Shown one piece after another: positions 25,697 through 38,884 of a DNA stretch of 64,000 bases. Where the stretch lies: contig NC_068990.1 in assembly GCF_001194135.2 (NCBI RefSeq), positions 59,757,496 to 59,821,495 on the forward strand, in the 5' to 3' direction. Both the position numbers and the translations under genes were made by a program. The notes beneath the pieces are model-generated. The model was not told where the DNA came from and ran no database searches. It was given only the letters and a program-made list of their open reading frames with translations. Positions within the stretch are counted from its first letter, which is position 1, and each line of letters opens with the position of its first letter. The DNA is from Octopus bimaculoides (Eukaryota).

Positions 25697-25868
25697 NNNN
25701 NNNNNNNNNNNNNNNNNNNNNNNNNNNNNNNNNNNNNNNNNNNNNNNNNNNNNNNNNNNNNNNNNNNNNNNNNNNNNNNNNNNNNNNNNNNNNNNNNNNN
25801 NNNNNNNNNNNNNNNNNNNNNNNNNNNNNNNNNNNNNNNNNNNNNNNNNNNNNNNNNNNNNNNNNNNN
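25697..25868. other. Assembly gap (10-N gaps also at 2439-2448, 8353-8362, 51983-51992)
   Basis: N run. Confidence 1.
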
Positions 25869-26029
25869 ATATATAAATTTGCACCACAGTAGCGCAAGAT
25901 TTTTCTTCTTTAAATGCCAAATGCGATTAGTCATCAAGAGCACTGAGTATAACTTTTGATGCTTTGAATGAAAACATTTAAAACTCAAAGTAGTGAGCAA
26001 CATTTAAACTGACAAGCACCTTATCAAGC

Positions 26030-26480
26030 ATCATCATTTAATGTCCGTTTTCAATGCTGGCATGGGTTAGATGGTTTGACAGGAGCTGGTAAGGCCAGGA
26101 CCCACACCAGGTTCAAGTCTATTTTGGCAGGGTCTCTACAACTGGATGCCCTTCCTAATGCCAACCACTTTAGAGTGTATTGGATGTATTTTTTATGTGG
26201 CACCAGCACTAGAGCTTTTTACATGGCACCATCACCAGTGCTCTTTATGTGGTACCATCACTAGTACGCTTTACGTGGCACCATCACTAGTGCTCTTTAT
26301 GTGGTAGCATCACTAGTACTCTTTACATGGCACCATCACTAGTGATCTTAACATGGCACCCTCACCAGTAGATTTTACATGGCATGAGCATCAGTGCTTT
26401 TAATGTGAAACCATTGCCAGAGTGTTTTACATGGTACCAGCACAGCACTCATGCTTTTTAAGTGGTACTAGCACCAACAA
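26030..26480 (-). repeat. Family F 3' end plus ~26-bp minisatellite (about 11 units, 26190-26480)
   Basis: Unit TTTAYRTGGCACCATCACTAGTGCTC follows GGATGCCCTTCCTAATGCCAACCAC. Confidence 0.8.
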
Positions 26481-27148
26481 GATGGTATCAGCACTAACAG
26501 AATGCACCAGCACCACAGTTTGCAATTCAAAATGATCTGCAATATTTTGATATATTTCAGCACCAAAACAGAATCTAAACAACCACACACCCATGCGATT
26601 TAGACATAACATTGTTCTGCATTAAAGATGAACTACTTTTATATGATACTCTGCAGAATAATAGTGTTACTTGAAATTCTACCAAAAAATCTCAATAGGC
26701 AAAGAAAAATATATTTATTCATGAAAAGATCAGTCTTTCCTTCTTGTTAGAAGGAAAATGGAAAGTAGATATATCCTGCCAAGAATAGAATATAAGTTGC
26801 AACATCCTATTGGCTATCAAGGTTCTAAATGTTGGATGCAGATCAATAAATTACAATGAAATCCCTTATATTGTCATAAGGCTTTTACCAAAGTTTCTTT
26901 TAAGCACATTACTTTGAAATGGTAATAAGCAATTCATAAAAATATATCTAAACTGGAATTTATTATTTGGAAAACATTAATTGCAGTCATATAATCCATT
27001 GAGATTTATTTAATAAAAAATTATATCCAAAATTATTACTAGTGTAAAAGAAATCAAACTAAGTTGTAGGTCAGTAAGGTACTTTCTACATTACTGCTCA
27101 AAGAATAACTTGTGTGTGTGTGTATGTGTGAGAGAGAGGGAGAGAGAG

Positions 27149-27185
<37 letters not shown>

Positions 27186-28321
27186 CTTATGGTTACTGAG
27201 ATGATATGAAAACAGTAATGTTATGCAGGGCATGAAGGCATGAATTAGGTGATATAAGCTTCAATAAGTTGGTTTGCAGATCATTACAAAGATGACTAGA
27301 TTCACAGAAATAATTTCTGAAGCAGCATTATCAGGTAAAAAAAAATAAATAAATAAAAAAGAGAGAATAAAAAAAAAATCTTTTTATTATATGGAAGTAG
27401 AAGAGTCAAAACAATAGAATAATGTTTTATAGTCTGTGTGTATACATGTTTTTTCTCTCTCACTCTCTTTTTTTTTTTAACTTTCTACTCTATTAAAATT
27501 GAGCTTGCATCAAAGAACACCCAACTCATAATCACAACTGCTATCTTGGCAACTGATTTCTCTATTTCAAAAGTATTACATGCAAGAAGTCTTATCTGTG
27601 TTAATGCCAGGCTTATATGGACACCAAATAATTCTTTCCATACATTTTTTTTTCAAGTAAGTTATAGCAGATCAAAGTATAAAATCAGTAAACCCAATCT
27701 TGCTCCAATCATTCTATTTTTGGAAGCAATAGGACCATCAGCTACAGTAAAGAAACAGTCATTTGTATTTTTAAGATGCTACAGCAAAAGACCACTGCCA
27801 AACAATATAATGACGAATCAATGGCTATAGTTTATAGTTTCTATTTCATATACACCAACTTATTTACTGACCAAATAAACAATTGTGATAGGCTGAATAA
27901 TAAAAAGGCCAAACAAAATCATCACCATTATCATCATCATAACCAAGATCAGTGTGTCTATGCTGCCATTGGCTAGATGAATCTGCAATACAACATTCTT
28001 TGTTTTGTCCTCACCTGACACAATGTTATTCTATATGAGATGTACAAATTTCTTTCCCTTAAAGGTCTCATATAACACACACTTATTCTACTTTTAGCTT
28101 AATTTTACTTCAGGCACAATCTCTTTCCATATCTAGGCATTTTTTTTTTTACTCCATGTTTGCATAATATATCCATAGAGTCCAACTGTTTTTATGTATA
28201 TATTATTGCCTGACACTTTTGATATCTATTAGTTGATGCCCGAAAAATAAAAGACACACACGTGTATTGGAGGCATCTGTTAGTCTTGCAAGACTTTGGA
28301 TCTGTGCCTGGTAAGTTTTGC

Positions 28322-28549
28322 TTAACCCTTTAGCATTCACATTATTATGTCAAAAGCAAATCCTATTTATTCTCATTCTTTTGAATTAATCATGCGTTAT
28401 TTTGTAGCTTTGAGATTTTGAAGAGGCAAACTGTTACTTTTAGAATGATAATGTAGGGTTGGTGTGAGGGGCCAGATCTGGCCAGTTTGAACATAAAACA
28501 GGTAGAATATTTGGGCTGGTATGGCTGGTTTAAATGCTAAAAGGCTTAA
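28322..28549. mobile_element. TTAA MITE family B
   Basis: TTAACCCTTTAGCATTC ... AATGCTAAAAGGCTTAA (orientation B). Confidence 0.85.
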
Positions 28550-28924
28550 GTCTTGTTTGGCAGAGTAGCATCTGCTGTGACTATAAAGACCCACATGTGA
28601 AAAACAACCCTGGTTGTAGTGATTGCACTCAAAGTTGCTGCCTGCCGATGTTGTCAAGCTGCTGTTTTTCCATCAATTTTGTTTTCTTTATCAGAATGCC
28701 TTAACCTCCCCTCTCATCTGTTTTTAAATCATTGTCTTTTTCCAATCTGCTTTGGGAACGATTATCAGCAATGTCTTCCCCACTTTTTAATGTTCATGAA
28801 ATGAAAGTATTTTACAATTTCATTTCTCATTCTCATCCAAAGCATCATAAAGTATTTGTTTTTCAGGTAAAGTAAAAAGGTGACTAATTTCATTTAACCC
28901 GCAAGCAACCATTTTAGAAAGGAT

Positions 28925-29310
28925 TATCTTTCATCTTTTAGCTGAGTCATTAGACAGTGTCCATGTTGGGGCACTGGCTTGAAGAATTTTTGGTTGATTG
29001 AACCAAGCCCAGTACTTATTCTGTCAGTCTCATTTGTTAAATTGTTAAGTTATAGAGTCTTAAACACACCAATACTGGTTGTCATATGATGCTGGGGGGA
29101 CAAACAGACACAAAGACACACACACACATACAACCATACATACATATAAATATATATAGGATGAGCTTCTTTCAGTTTCCGTCTACTAAATCCACTCACA
29201 AGGCTTTGGTTAACCTGAGGATAAAATAGAAAACATTTGCTCAAGGTGTCACATACTGGGACTGAACCCAGAACAACGTGATTGGGAAGCAAGCTTCTAA
29301 CCACACATCA
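28925..29310 (-). mobile_element. SINE family E
   Basis: Reverse complement of the family E head (GGGTTCAGTCCCAGT) and central TA/CA tract. Confidence 0.7.
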
Positions 29311-30046
29311 ATGCTTTACCTTCACTCTTTTTCTTAAAAGAACATTCTAAGGTATTATGGTATTATCTTTTAATTTCTCTAATGTGAGAGAGGCAGAACA
29401 ACTAAAAGTCTTAAACAAATGAACAAAAAGAAGAATTTTTTTTTTACATAGGCTTTTTTTTTTTACATAAAGAATTAATGTGACTATATCACTTATCGCT
29501 TTAGGGATAGCAATAAATTGCAATTTATATTACAAATAGGACAATAATTTCTTAAAGTAGAAATATAAAGTTTAACCGTAAAGAAGGATATATTATAGTA
29601 TATTGCCTGAAAATATAATGATAGTATATAAAATGAAAAAGTGGGGTAACAGCATGAAGTGTTGTAACTGTTTTTCTTAAATAATTTAGTGTCAGAGTGT
29701 TCAGTCCTAATTCAATCTCAACTGAGCAAACTTATGAACAAAAGTAGTCTAGCAGTGACCATCCTGTCTTTTACATAGGGTATCTAGAACTACTTGTAAG
29801 AAGTTTTTATCTGTGCAAATATCAGGCTTATATGAGCACTAATAATTCTTCACATAAATTTTCAAGCGAATTAAAGCAGATCAAAGTATAGAATTCAGTT
29901 AAAAAAAAAAATCAAAAAAAAATCTACCAATCATTTTATTTTGGGACCTACAAAGCCACCAGCTACAAAAAGGAAACGGTTATTTCTATTTTTAAGATGC
30001 TATAGAAAAGGATCTCTGCCAAACATTATACAATTATGTACATTTT

Positions 30047-30271
30047 TTAACCCTCTAACATTCAGATTACTCTGTCAAATGTAATGCTTATTTATTCACA
30101 TTGTTTAGAATCAATCATGCATTATCTCATAGCATTGAGATTTCAATGGAGTGATGGTTTACTTTTACAATGACATTGTAGGGCAGGTATGAGAGGCTGA
30201 ATCTGGCCGGTTTGAACATAAAGCTGGTAGAATATTTGGGTTGCATATGGTCAGTTTGAATGCTAAAAGGT
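30047..30271. mobile_element. TTAA MITE family B
   Basis: TTAACCCTCTAACATTC ... GAATGCTAAAAGG (orientation B). Confidence 0.8.
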
Positions 30272-31319
30272 GGTGAAGACAGGAGAGTGTAATTTGAGGA
30301 AGATTTGGATGGTATTTCTAACAGGTTAGGTGACCACATATATTAGTGGTCAACAACCTCTTTGCAACTGTGAGCAAGATAAATGCCATAAAAATATTTG
30401 AAATATGAGTTATTCTTTTAAACTACATCTAGATATATTTTACTTCAAATCAATGAATAACACGTGCTTAGCAAAGGGTGTCAATTATTATTCAAAGGAC
30501 TCAATTTAGTAACAATTTATTAGGGCATTTTTTGAATATTTTAAAAAGACACAACAAATCTTTAAAGTAAAAAAAGTATAAATATGATGCATTGAATCAT
30601 GATAAATTATGAATAATAAACTAAAGGAAAATATTAATTTTAATGTAAACAATAAATGAATCATAGTGAAACTTGATACTGTTTGTTGCTTAAAAGTTCT
30701 ATATTGGGTGTCAGACTTGTTAATGCCAATAGCAAGACATTATCCAGATGGGCATTAGTTAATTTTGTTCTCAAATGTTTCTTGATGTGCTTTCATTTTT
30801 GAAAATAATTACTTTCACAGATATGTGCTGCCAAACAATGATGCAATCTTTTTTCTGTATGGATAACTTAGTTTGGATATTTCCCATTTAGATGAATAGA
30901 TTTTCTATAAATGTCAAGCCTTGATACATCATCAGAATGAAATTTTGACCTCAGTATCATCATTCCGCATCTTAATCAATCTCATTTGATAATTTTCTAA
31001 TGCAGTGTCCACTTGCACATCAAGTGATGTTAGCAAGTAGCTTGACTGCATTTGCAGTGCATCAGCAAAATATGATGAAAGCTCCTTTCCTAATTCTTTG
31101 ACGATATTCACAAAAATGCCTTTCAGAAATTATAATTTCTTCAATTGCAATTTTATCACAAGTGTCACAACTTACATATCATGTATCTGCTGATTATTTC
31201 CAATGAAATTGTAAATTCAAGTTATTGAAATGAGATGTAATGTCCACAAGAACTGCCAAAGTTGTAAGCCAAGCAGGATCACAAAAACTGTGAAACACTT
31301 GCATTTTTGCTCTTGGGGA

Positions 31320-31543
31320 TTATAGATTTCAAATTTTGGGATAAGGCCAGCAAATTTAGGGAAGAGGACCAATCAATTACATTGACCACAGTTCTCAACT
31401 GGTACTATTTCATTGACCCCAAAAAGATGAAAGGTAAAGTTGACCTCAGCAGAATTTGAACTCATGATGTAAAGATGAGTAAAATGCCACTGAGCACTGA
31501 GCATTTTGTTTGGCATGCTAATGATTCTGCCAGCTTGCTGCTT
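31320..31543 (-). mobile_element. SINE family A inserted in the hAT transposase fossil
   Basis: Family A sequence separates the MLERVFALHKVVATFLK and DPAWLTTLAVLVDIT transposase remnants. Confidence 0.8.
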
Positions 31544-31875
31544 CTTGAGGAATGTTGCCACCACTTTATGCAATGCAAATACTCTTTCTAGCATTGACCC
31601 TTAGTGAAAATAGTAAAGAAATATGGCAGATCTCCATAGTCTGCCCCTGTCTCCAATAAAAGCTGTTGAAACTGGTGATGATTCAATCCATGAGATAGGA
31701 TCAGATTCATTAATTTCATAACAGTATCTATAACATTCTTTAATTCCAAAGACTTGGTGCATAATGTCTCTTGATATTTTATACATAATTTCAAGGCTTT
31801 CTATTGTCCTTGCAGCAATGTGATTATGCCTTTTCACTATCCCACTACTACCCATTAGGAGTGATGTCAGTTAGC

Positions 31876-31923
31876 TTTGACATTATTTTTGACATTATTT
31901 TTGACATTATTTTTGACATTATT
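31876..31923. repeat. 12-bp tandem repeat TTTGACATTATT x4
   Basis: Four perfect units inside the hAT fossil. Confidence 0.9.
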
Positions 31924-33329
31924 TTTAACAAAACCCCATAAAATATCTGCTCCACTAACCTTATCCTTCATAGAAATTAATTCTATAAACTCTTTAAAAA
32001 TTTGAAAATTTAAGGTCACTGCCTGCACAAACATAGCAAGTTAAACAGTGTCTTTCAAGTTTGTACTCTCATCAAGTGCAATTAAAAAAAAAAATTGCAG
32101 TCGGTTGCAAGTGTCCCTCAGACAAGTTTTAACATCTGCTGACATTTCTTCAACTTGTCATGCGATCAATCTTGCAAACAAACTGGTATATGCAAATAAA
32201 GATTTCTCTTCAGGGTAAACTATATCTGCTACTACCAGCAAGCATTCTTTGACAAACTCTCCATCTGCAAAAAAAAAAAACTTCATCTTTTCTGCACAAC
32301 ATTTTGAAAATTTTTTCTTGGCACAAATATTTCTTCCAATCATACCATAAGAAGTGGTATTAGCTTCCTGAAACTAGCTTCCAAATGCTCAGCTTCATCT
32401 CTCATCACCAGCTCAATAAACTTGACAAAATTTCTACTAAGGCAGATTTTATAATGTCACCTGGTATTTACTAGTCTTCATAGTACCATTTTCTAGGCAG
32501 ATGAGACAAACTGGTTTCCTACTGTGCTTCACAAAGAAGTAATCTTGTACCCAAATATCCTGAAAATTTTGGCAGAATCTACTTTTGTGTTCTATTTTTG
32601 TTTTTGCATTCATATCCATGGTAATTTTTCCATTGATTTTATTTCAAAACCTTGAATTACTTTATATCTATCATTGCATCTGTAATTATCTGGTTTATCT
32701 GATAGCTTCTTATTTCAAGAGATATTAAAAAAAAAAAGAAAAGAAAAAAAAGTCATATGACAGTGCATAAACTGTTGCCTTAGCAGAACTTTTAATCACT
32801 AAATCTGAGGGAGCATCACTATGTGATGAACAAAGAAAAGGAAGATTAATCCTTAATATTCCTAGAAATCAATTGCATATGAATTGCATTTAAGCACAAA
32901 AGAGTTGACAAAATACACACCTTTCTAGAATTATATTTTCTCTTTTGAGCAGGTAATAATTTGTGGATTTCTTGTTAAAACACAATGATACTGTTTTTGT
33001 TTACAAATTTGAACAGTCACATCTGAAAATGTGCACTCATATTAATAAGGTGGTCCTACATCCTAAGTTTTTATATACCAGTGTTTGGTGTATAACATAT
33101 CAGAACTTGAAGCCAATATAAAAATACCCCTTCCATGATTCATGAATGAAATCATGTAAACACTAAGAATAAAGAAATTTTGTACCAGATAAATATAGTA
33201 TCCCAAAATTTGTTTGTGGGTCAGATCTGGCCTGCAGACCATAGGTTGTTTAACCCTGATATAAAGGCTCTCTCTTAAGGAAGTGGCATCAGTAAAGAAT
33301 CATCTAGACATGTTTTCTATAATGCTGTA

Positions 33330-33750
33330 GGAGGTGTGTGGCTTAGTGGTTAGGGTGTTGAACTCACAATCATGAGATTGTGGTTTCGATCACTGGACTG
33401 GGTGTTCTTGAGCAAAAACACTCCACTTCACATTGCTCCAGTCTACTCAGCCATAAAAATGAGCACCACTAGGGGAGGTGCATTGCTTAGTGGTTAGGAT
33501 GTTGGATTCACAACTGTAAGATTGTGGTTTCAGTTTCTGGACCAGGCAATGTGTTGTGTTCTTGAGCAAAACACTTCATTTCATGTCATTCCAGTTCACT
33601 CAGCCGCAGAAGTGAGTTTAGCCTGGAGAGGGATGGGTTCCGCCAGGCTTTCTAGCCCTAGATACACTGTATGGCTGCAGTGCCCCAACGACCCCCCAAG
33701 GGGTTAAGGGACTTGTCAGTTGTCTATAATACTGATGAAACCCAGAAGCA
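33330..33750 (+). mobile_element. Two family D SINE heads in tandem (about 33330-33465 and 33473-33750)
   Basis: Two TGGCTTAGTGGTTAGG / TTGCTTAGTGGTTAGG heads, each followed by TGTTCTTGAGCAAAA(A)CACT. Confidence 0.7.
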
Positions 33751-34029
33751 AAACAAAAGAAAACCATGAGAATATGTATGGGGAAGGAAAGATATGAGAA
33801 TAATAATAGAAGGAACAAAATGTTTTGCCTAGGCACAAGGATAAAAATCAGAAGAGTGGGGTTATTCAATAAAATAAAACCTAGTATTTCATTTTATCGA
33901 AATCTGAAAGATGAAAGGCAAAGTAGACCTTGGTAAGATTTGAAATCAGAATATAAAACACTAGAACAAATACTGCAAGACAAAATGTCTTTTTATCTGC
34001 CATTCTAAGAATTCCAACCCACCAATAAC

Positions 34030-34500
34030 AGCTTAAATATCACCTCAAATGTGCGTGAGAAAAGAGTACATGCCATCAAAATGATGCTGGGGTACATCAA
34101 ACACATGTGCATGACATGGTGGCCTCATATCAGGATAAACAGTGCATGACCTTGCAGGTGGGGCCCGGTTAGAATTCAGGTCATGTAACCCACCCCACTC
34201 AAAAGACCTCTGTTTAAGGGTCATTAATGAAACCCTCATGTTTCCAGAGGTGAATTATTCAAACCCCAAAGAATTCCTCCCAACAGATGGCTATGATTCC
34301 CCACTACTCCTGCTTGTGATCAGAGATGTGTACGTCATTAGCTACTAAGAGACATGCCCAACTAATTAAGTAACTGATGAGCAAGTCTGTGGTATTGAGC
34401 AGAATATTTATTGTAGCCCATCTTTTACATCAAGGCAAAACACATACCTGTTAACACTTCCACTCAGTTTAAGTCAGAAGCCATGAGAGTCACTGCTAGG
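34030..34500. mobile_element. Probable retroelement 3' fragment (family not assigned)
   Basis: GC-richer non-coding block next to an (ATT)n/(ATC)n tract; no recognisable protein motif. Confidence 0.35.
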
Positions 34501-34521
34501 AATTGCATCAGGGCATTTATT

Positions 34522-34552
<31 letters not shown>

Positions 34553-35619
34553 TTATCATCATCATCATCATCATAATAATTATATATGATATACACAGTT
34601 TGTTGGAGATGTCATTAATGTACCAGCTGTTCATTTCCCATGAACTAAAGTTGTATGTTCTTTTCAAGTCTGAAGGACTTTGCGAAAACTTTGCTCTACT
34701 TTTGCCTCACTTCATGTATGCTAGCAGTTGCAGGCTAACAACTAAGTCCATCCTGCTGCTCAATGGGATACCTGCCAAGTACAGCACCTTCACTACTGGT
34801 TCCAGCCCTGTTTACACTGTTATCTATTATATTTCTTTCAGACATTTCATACATAGAGGTTAAGTGGTGTTTTTTTTTTTATTTTATGGTACAACATGGT
34901 GGAGTGTGAAACTAAATATCTAGCAGTATTTAATTTCATCTCTTGGCCCTGATCTCAAATCTAGCCAGTGCTGACTTTACATTTAATACATTATGAATTG
35001 GTAAAATAAGTACCAGTAATTAAATAAGGTCAGTCATATCATTGTGTATATTGTTTGGAAACCCCCAAAATAGAATTTCTTTATCATATACAATAGCATG
35101 GGGCATACTTTGGAATTTATCATGAAAGAAAAGTTAATATAACAGTTAACATAATTAACATTATTAAAGATTGATTATTAATTACACTGTGTTACAAAAT
35201 TTTTCTTTCTTTCTTTTTTTTTTGTCTTTGGTCAGTGATATTTCCTATCTATTCCCTTCAAACTTTACTTTTGTGACCTGGACATCAATGTTTTGAAACG
35301 GACTTATTTCCCATTACATTCAGCAAATAATCAGCTAATTCGAGTTGGCGAGACCTGCTCTAGAGTATTGACTGTTTTTGTTTTTAAACAAAAATTATCT
35401 ATTCAGAGGAATATCAAACCATCCTAAAGACTAAAATGTTCTTTAGTATCTGAACAAAAAGAAAAAAGTTCCTGTTACATATCTTGACATCATCTGATAA
35501 ACAGGAAGTGTATATATTTTGACTTTTATATATAAAACATGGATGCTATCATTATCATAATTTTATACCTGTTTTTAATACTTTGCCCTTTGTACATAAG
35601 TAGCCTACAATTTTCCCTT

Positions 35620-35760
35620 CGTTTGAAGAGAAAATTTTTTTGTTTCCAATAGCTCTCTGTACTTTTGGAGCACCTGTCTTCACTGTAAATTAGGGAACCA
35701 AGGTAAAGGAACAAGAGTTCCTATAGCCAACTATTCTTCAACTCTTCTATTTATGCACTG
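35620..35760 (-). pseudogene. Short LINE RT fragment (RTE-like)
   Basis: FLYLGSLIYSEDRCSK resembles the FKYLGS.I..DG.C.KEI motif; very short. Confidence 0.4.
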
Positions 35761-36011
35761 GAGAACCATTACAAAATAGGAGGGAGTTGAGAATAGAGCC
35801 TTGACAGATGCTTACCTGCACACTAAATTCTTTACTGAGCTTCTTGCCAAACTGCTATCAATAAATGAGAATCAAGATATGTTTAAGCAGAATGTATATC
35901 ACCTTAAACTTTTAGATCAGAACATCTACATATTTTACACACTGCACAAGAAAGACACACTGAATAAATAAATAATTAAAAAATACAAAAAGTAACTCTA
36001 GCAGAAAGAAA

Positions 36012-36182
36012 ACAGGCCCAAATATATATTTTACATGTTTTGGTTTCAAACTGGCCAGATGCAGTCTTTCACATCTATCTTATTATGTGATTCTAAAATT
36101 ATACAATCACATCTTTAAAATCTTGAAGACTATGAGATAATGCATTAGATTTGACAGAATAATGTGAATGCTAAGGGCTAAA
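36012..36182. mobile_element. TTAA MITE family B, partial
   Basis: CAAACTGGCCAGAT..CTATGAGATAATGCAT..GAATGCTAAGGGCTAA (orientation A). Confidence 0.65.
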
Positions 36183-36287
36183 CAATCCACTTATATAAGA
36201 CATGTTAATGAGAAATTTCATCCTCATGACAAAGAGTGGGAAGTTAGATTGATGGTTTGTCAATGTCGCAAAGCTACTTTTCACCAT

Positions 36288-36745
36288 TCATCATCATCAT
36301 CATCATCATCATTTAATGTCTGTTGTCCATGCTGGCTTGGGTTGGATGGTGTGACCAGAGCTGGTAACCTGGGAGGAGGTTGCACCAAACCCCAGTCTGA
36401 TTTGGCATAGTCTCTATGGCTGGATGCCCTTTCTAACACCAACCACTTTACAGAGTGTGCTGAGTGCTTTTACATGGCATTGCATGGGCACTTTTACATG
36501 GCACCGCATGGGCACTTTTATGTGGCACAACATGGGCACTTTTATGTGGCACAACATGGGCACTTTATGTGACTCCACACGGGCACTTGAGTAGCACTGC
36601 ATGGGCACTTTTAAGTGGCGCCGCATAGGCACTTTTATGTGGCACTGCATGGGCACTTTTAAGTGGCACCACATGGGCACTTTTACGTGGCATAACAAGG
36701 GTGCTTTTATGTGGTGCTGCATGGGCACTTTTATGTGGAACAACC
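36288..36745 (-). repeat. Family F 3' end plus 24-bp minisatellite (about 12 units, 36465-36745)
   Basis: Unit CTTTTAYRTGGCACCGCATGGGCA; explains the HVKVPMQC-repeat ORF. Confidence 0.8.
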
Positions 36746-38884
36746 ATAATGATCAGTTTTAACAGTTTTGCTGTAGGGTATGGGTCTTCTTGAGTATGGT
36801 CAGGTATCTTGATCCTTTGTCATTAATGAAGAAAATTTTAAAATCTGCCAGAATTTCTAATTCAGCTTGACGTGACTATGTTATCTGATAACACAGGCTC
36901 AAAGGGTACTGAACTAAGAGTCTTGAAGTTGTTGAACCTTTACTTAGCACTTAGATGTGTTTGGCTTACTAAGATCAATATTACTGTCATGACATAGGTT
37001 CAATAAATGATGTCATTCTGTTATGATACAAATTTAAATTATTAGAGTTAAACATGTACAAGTCTACTCTAAGGTTGTAATCCTAACCAGACAAATCTAT
37101 TGTAAAATAAAAAAAAAAAAAAGACCACTGCATTTTTATGTTTTTAATCAATAACTAAATTTCAAGATACTGACTAGTAAAAAATATCAATATAATTTTG
37201 TAATTTCCTAGCATTAAAAAATTTGCTTCATTTTTAATTTTTAAGTAAACAGAAGAATGAAACACTTAAAAATCTCACTATGTGACTGTTTTCACAAAAA
37301 CCCAAAATTAACCTGAAATTTTCTTACAGAAATTTCATGCTTTCAATATTAGTTCTATGAAGAAAAATCACAAAGGTTGCATAATATCAGATACGTTAAC
37401 AAGCAAAAAAGTCTATTTTTGGCCATCACCACCTTCTTATAAAAAGGCTAGACAAAAATTATAAAAGGTATTACATTAATGGATTTCAGACTTGATTGTA
37501 ATTGGTAGGATATTGAATACAAAATAATGAAGATGAAATTTATGTGGTAGAATATTATTTTCTTATGCCAACAACAACAACAACAACAAACAAAAAAAAA
37601 CAGTTTACATCTTGATAGATGCAGTATCTTTTAAACACATACTTCCCTTCCATTAGCTAGACAAATGCATGGTAGAATGATTAATGTCAACATTGCTAAT
37701 TAATGTAAGATGCATTTGAAAAAAAAAAAAAAAATGAAAGCACCCAAAACAACAAAACAGTCATAAAAGAGATAATTGCACAAAGAGGCTATAGAAGTTT
37801 CACTTAAACAACAAAATGTATATTAAAAAAAGAAAATGATAATCTTGAACAGTTGATAAATAAATGGGATCTACAAGAAAAGCGGTCAGATTAAATTCTG
37901 ATTACAACAGAAAGCTTGCCGATTTGCAAGTCAGGCAATTCTATATTTAGCAACTGCTACTGTAGGTGATCATTGGAGTTAAGAGTTCAACATAGTAAGA
38001 GTGGAAGAATGTGAAAGTTAGAATTAAAATCAATAAAAATTGCAGAAATTTGAAGAGAGAAAGGAGTAAGAGAGGCTAGCAGGCAAATATATATACAAGA
38101 GAAAGTGTATCTGTGGAATATAATACTCAAGTGAGGTTAGCTATATTATGTAATAGGAGAAAGGAAGGGGTCTATTTATGAGTGGAAGTAATTACAATGT
38201 AACATAGACATGCACGTAACTATCTCATCCAAACAGTTCAACAACTGTCTGTTGACCTGAAAAATACTTGGAAATGAATATGAATAAATGATGCGGCTTC
38301 AGGGGTGATATGGTAAACCATCTATCCCAGTTGGAAACTACTTTCATGTAAAATTGAACAGTAGACAGTAATATTATACCTATAGTGACACACAAACAAG
38401 TATGTTTCATTTCAAATTATGCTACAATAAATTAATCTGATCTTTCAAACATGACTGCAATTTTTTTCATTACTGTTTTAAAATCATCAAGACAGGCGAA
38501 GAGGTTATTTGGAAAAAAAGGAAAGGAGAAGAAGCCAATTAAATTTGAAATAGAAAATGAAATAATGAAAACACAGAATAAAAGAGACAAAACAATATCC
38601 ACTGTGTTATTAAAAGATATTATTTGTTAATGTATTATGCTAGCCTAATTCTGGGATTGTTAACAACTGCAGGCTCACTACATTAATTTCTTTAGACACA
38701 CCTTCTATTAATCAAATTTTGTTTGCAGAAATATCGCATTTAACAAAACCATAACCCTACAAAAATCTTCTAAAAAGGGATCTACTTGGAATGTAAGGAA
38801 CCATCTCTTATCATGATACAAACCTATTGTATTTTAATGGTTTTCATAATGTTATTTACCGTTTCTATATTTATTTTTGATGAT

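Larger units (their letters stand above)
30472..33258 (-). mobile_element. Fossil hAT DNA transposon (Charlie/SPIN, GTF2IRD2-like transposase), near full length
   Basis: Frameshifted remnants in the correct order on the minus strand: QDYFFVKHSRKPVCLIC; DGEFVKECLLVVADIVYPEEK; TKSLELKNVIDTVMKLMNLILSHGLNHHQFQQLL..YGDLPY; DPAWLTTLAVLVDITSHFNNLNLQ; SLFGSTY (hAT C-terminal domain). Charlie-like ends CAAAGGGTGTCAA (30472) and CAGGGTTAAACAACCTATGGTCTGCAGGCC (minus, ending 33258). TSD not preserved. Confidence 0.85.

Noticed and set aside
26190-26480. CRISPR-like array
   Set aside because: Eukaryotic context, tandem units without unique spacers, no cas genes.
33725-34390. Other CTGATGA occurrences as hammerheads (33734, 34374; also 55245)
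   Set aside because: No stem II followed by GAAA and no stem I complement.
36414-36743. HVKVPMQC-repeat protein
   Set aside because: Reading frame created by a 24-bp SINE-derived minisatellite.
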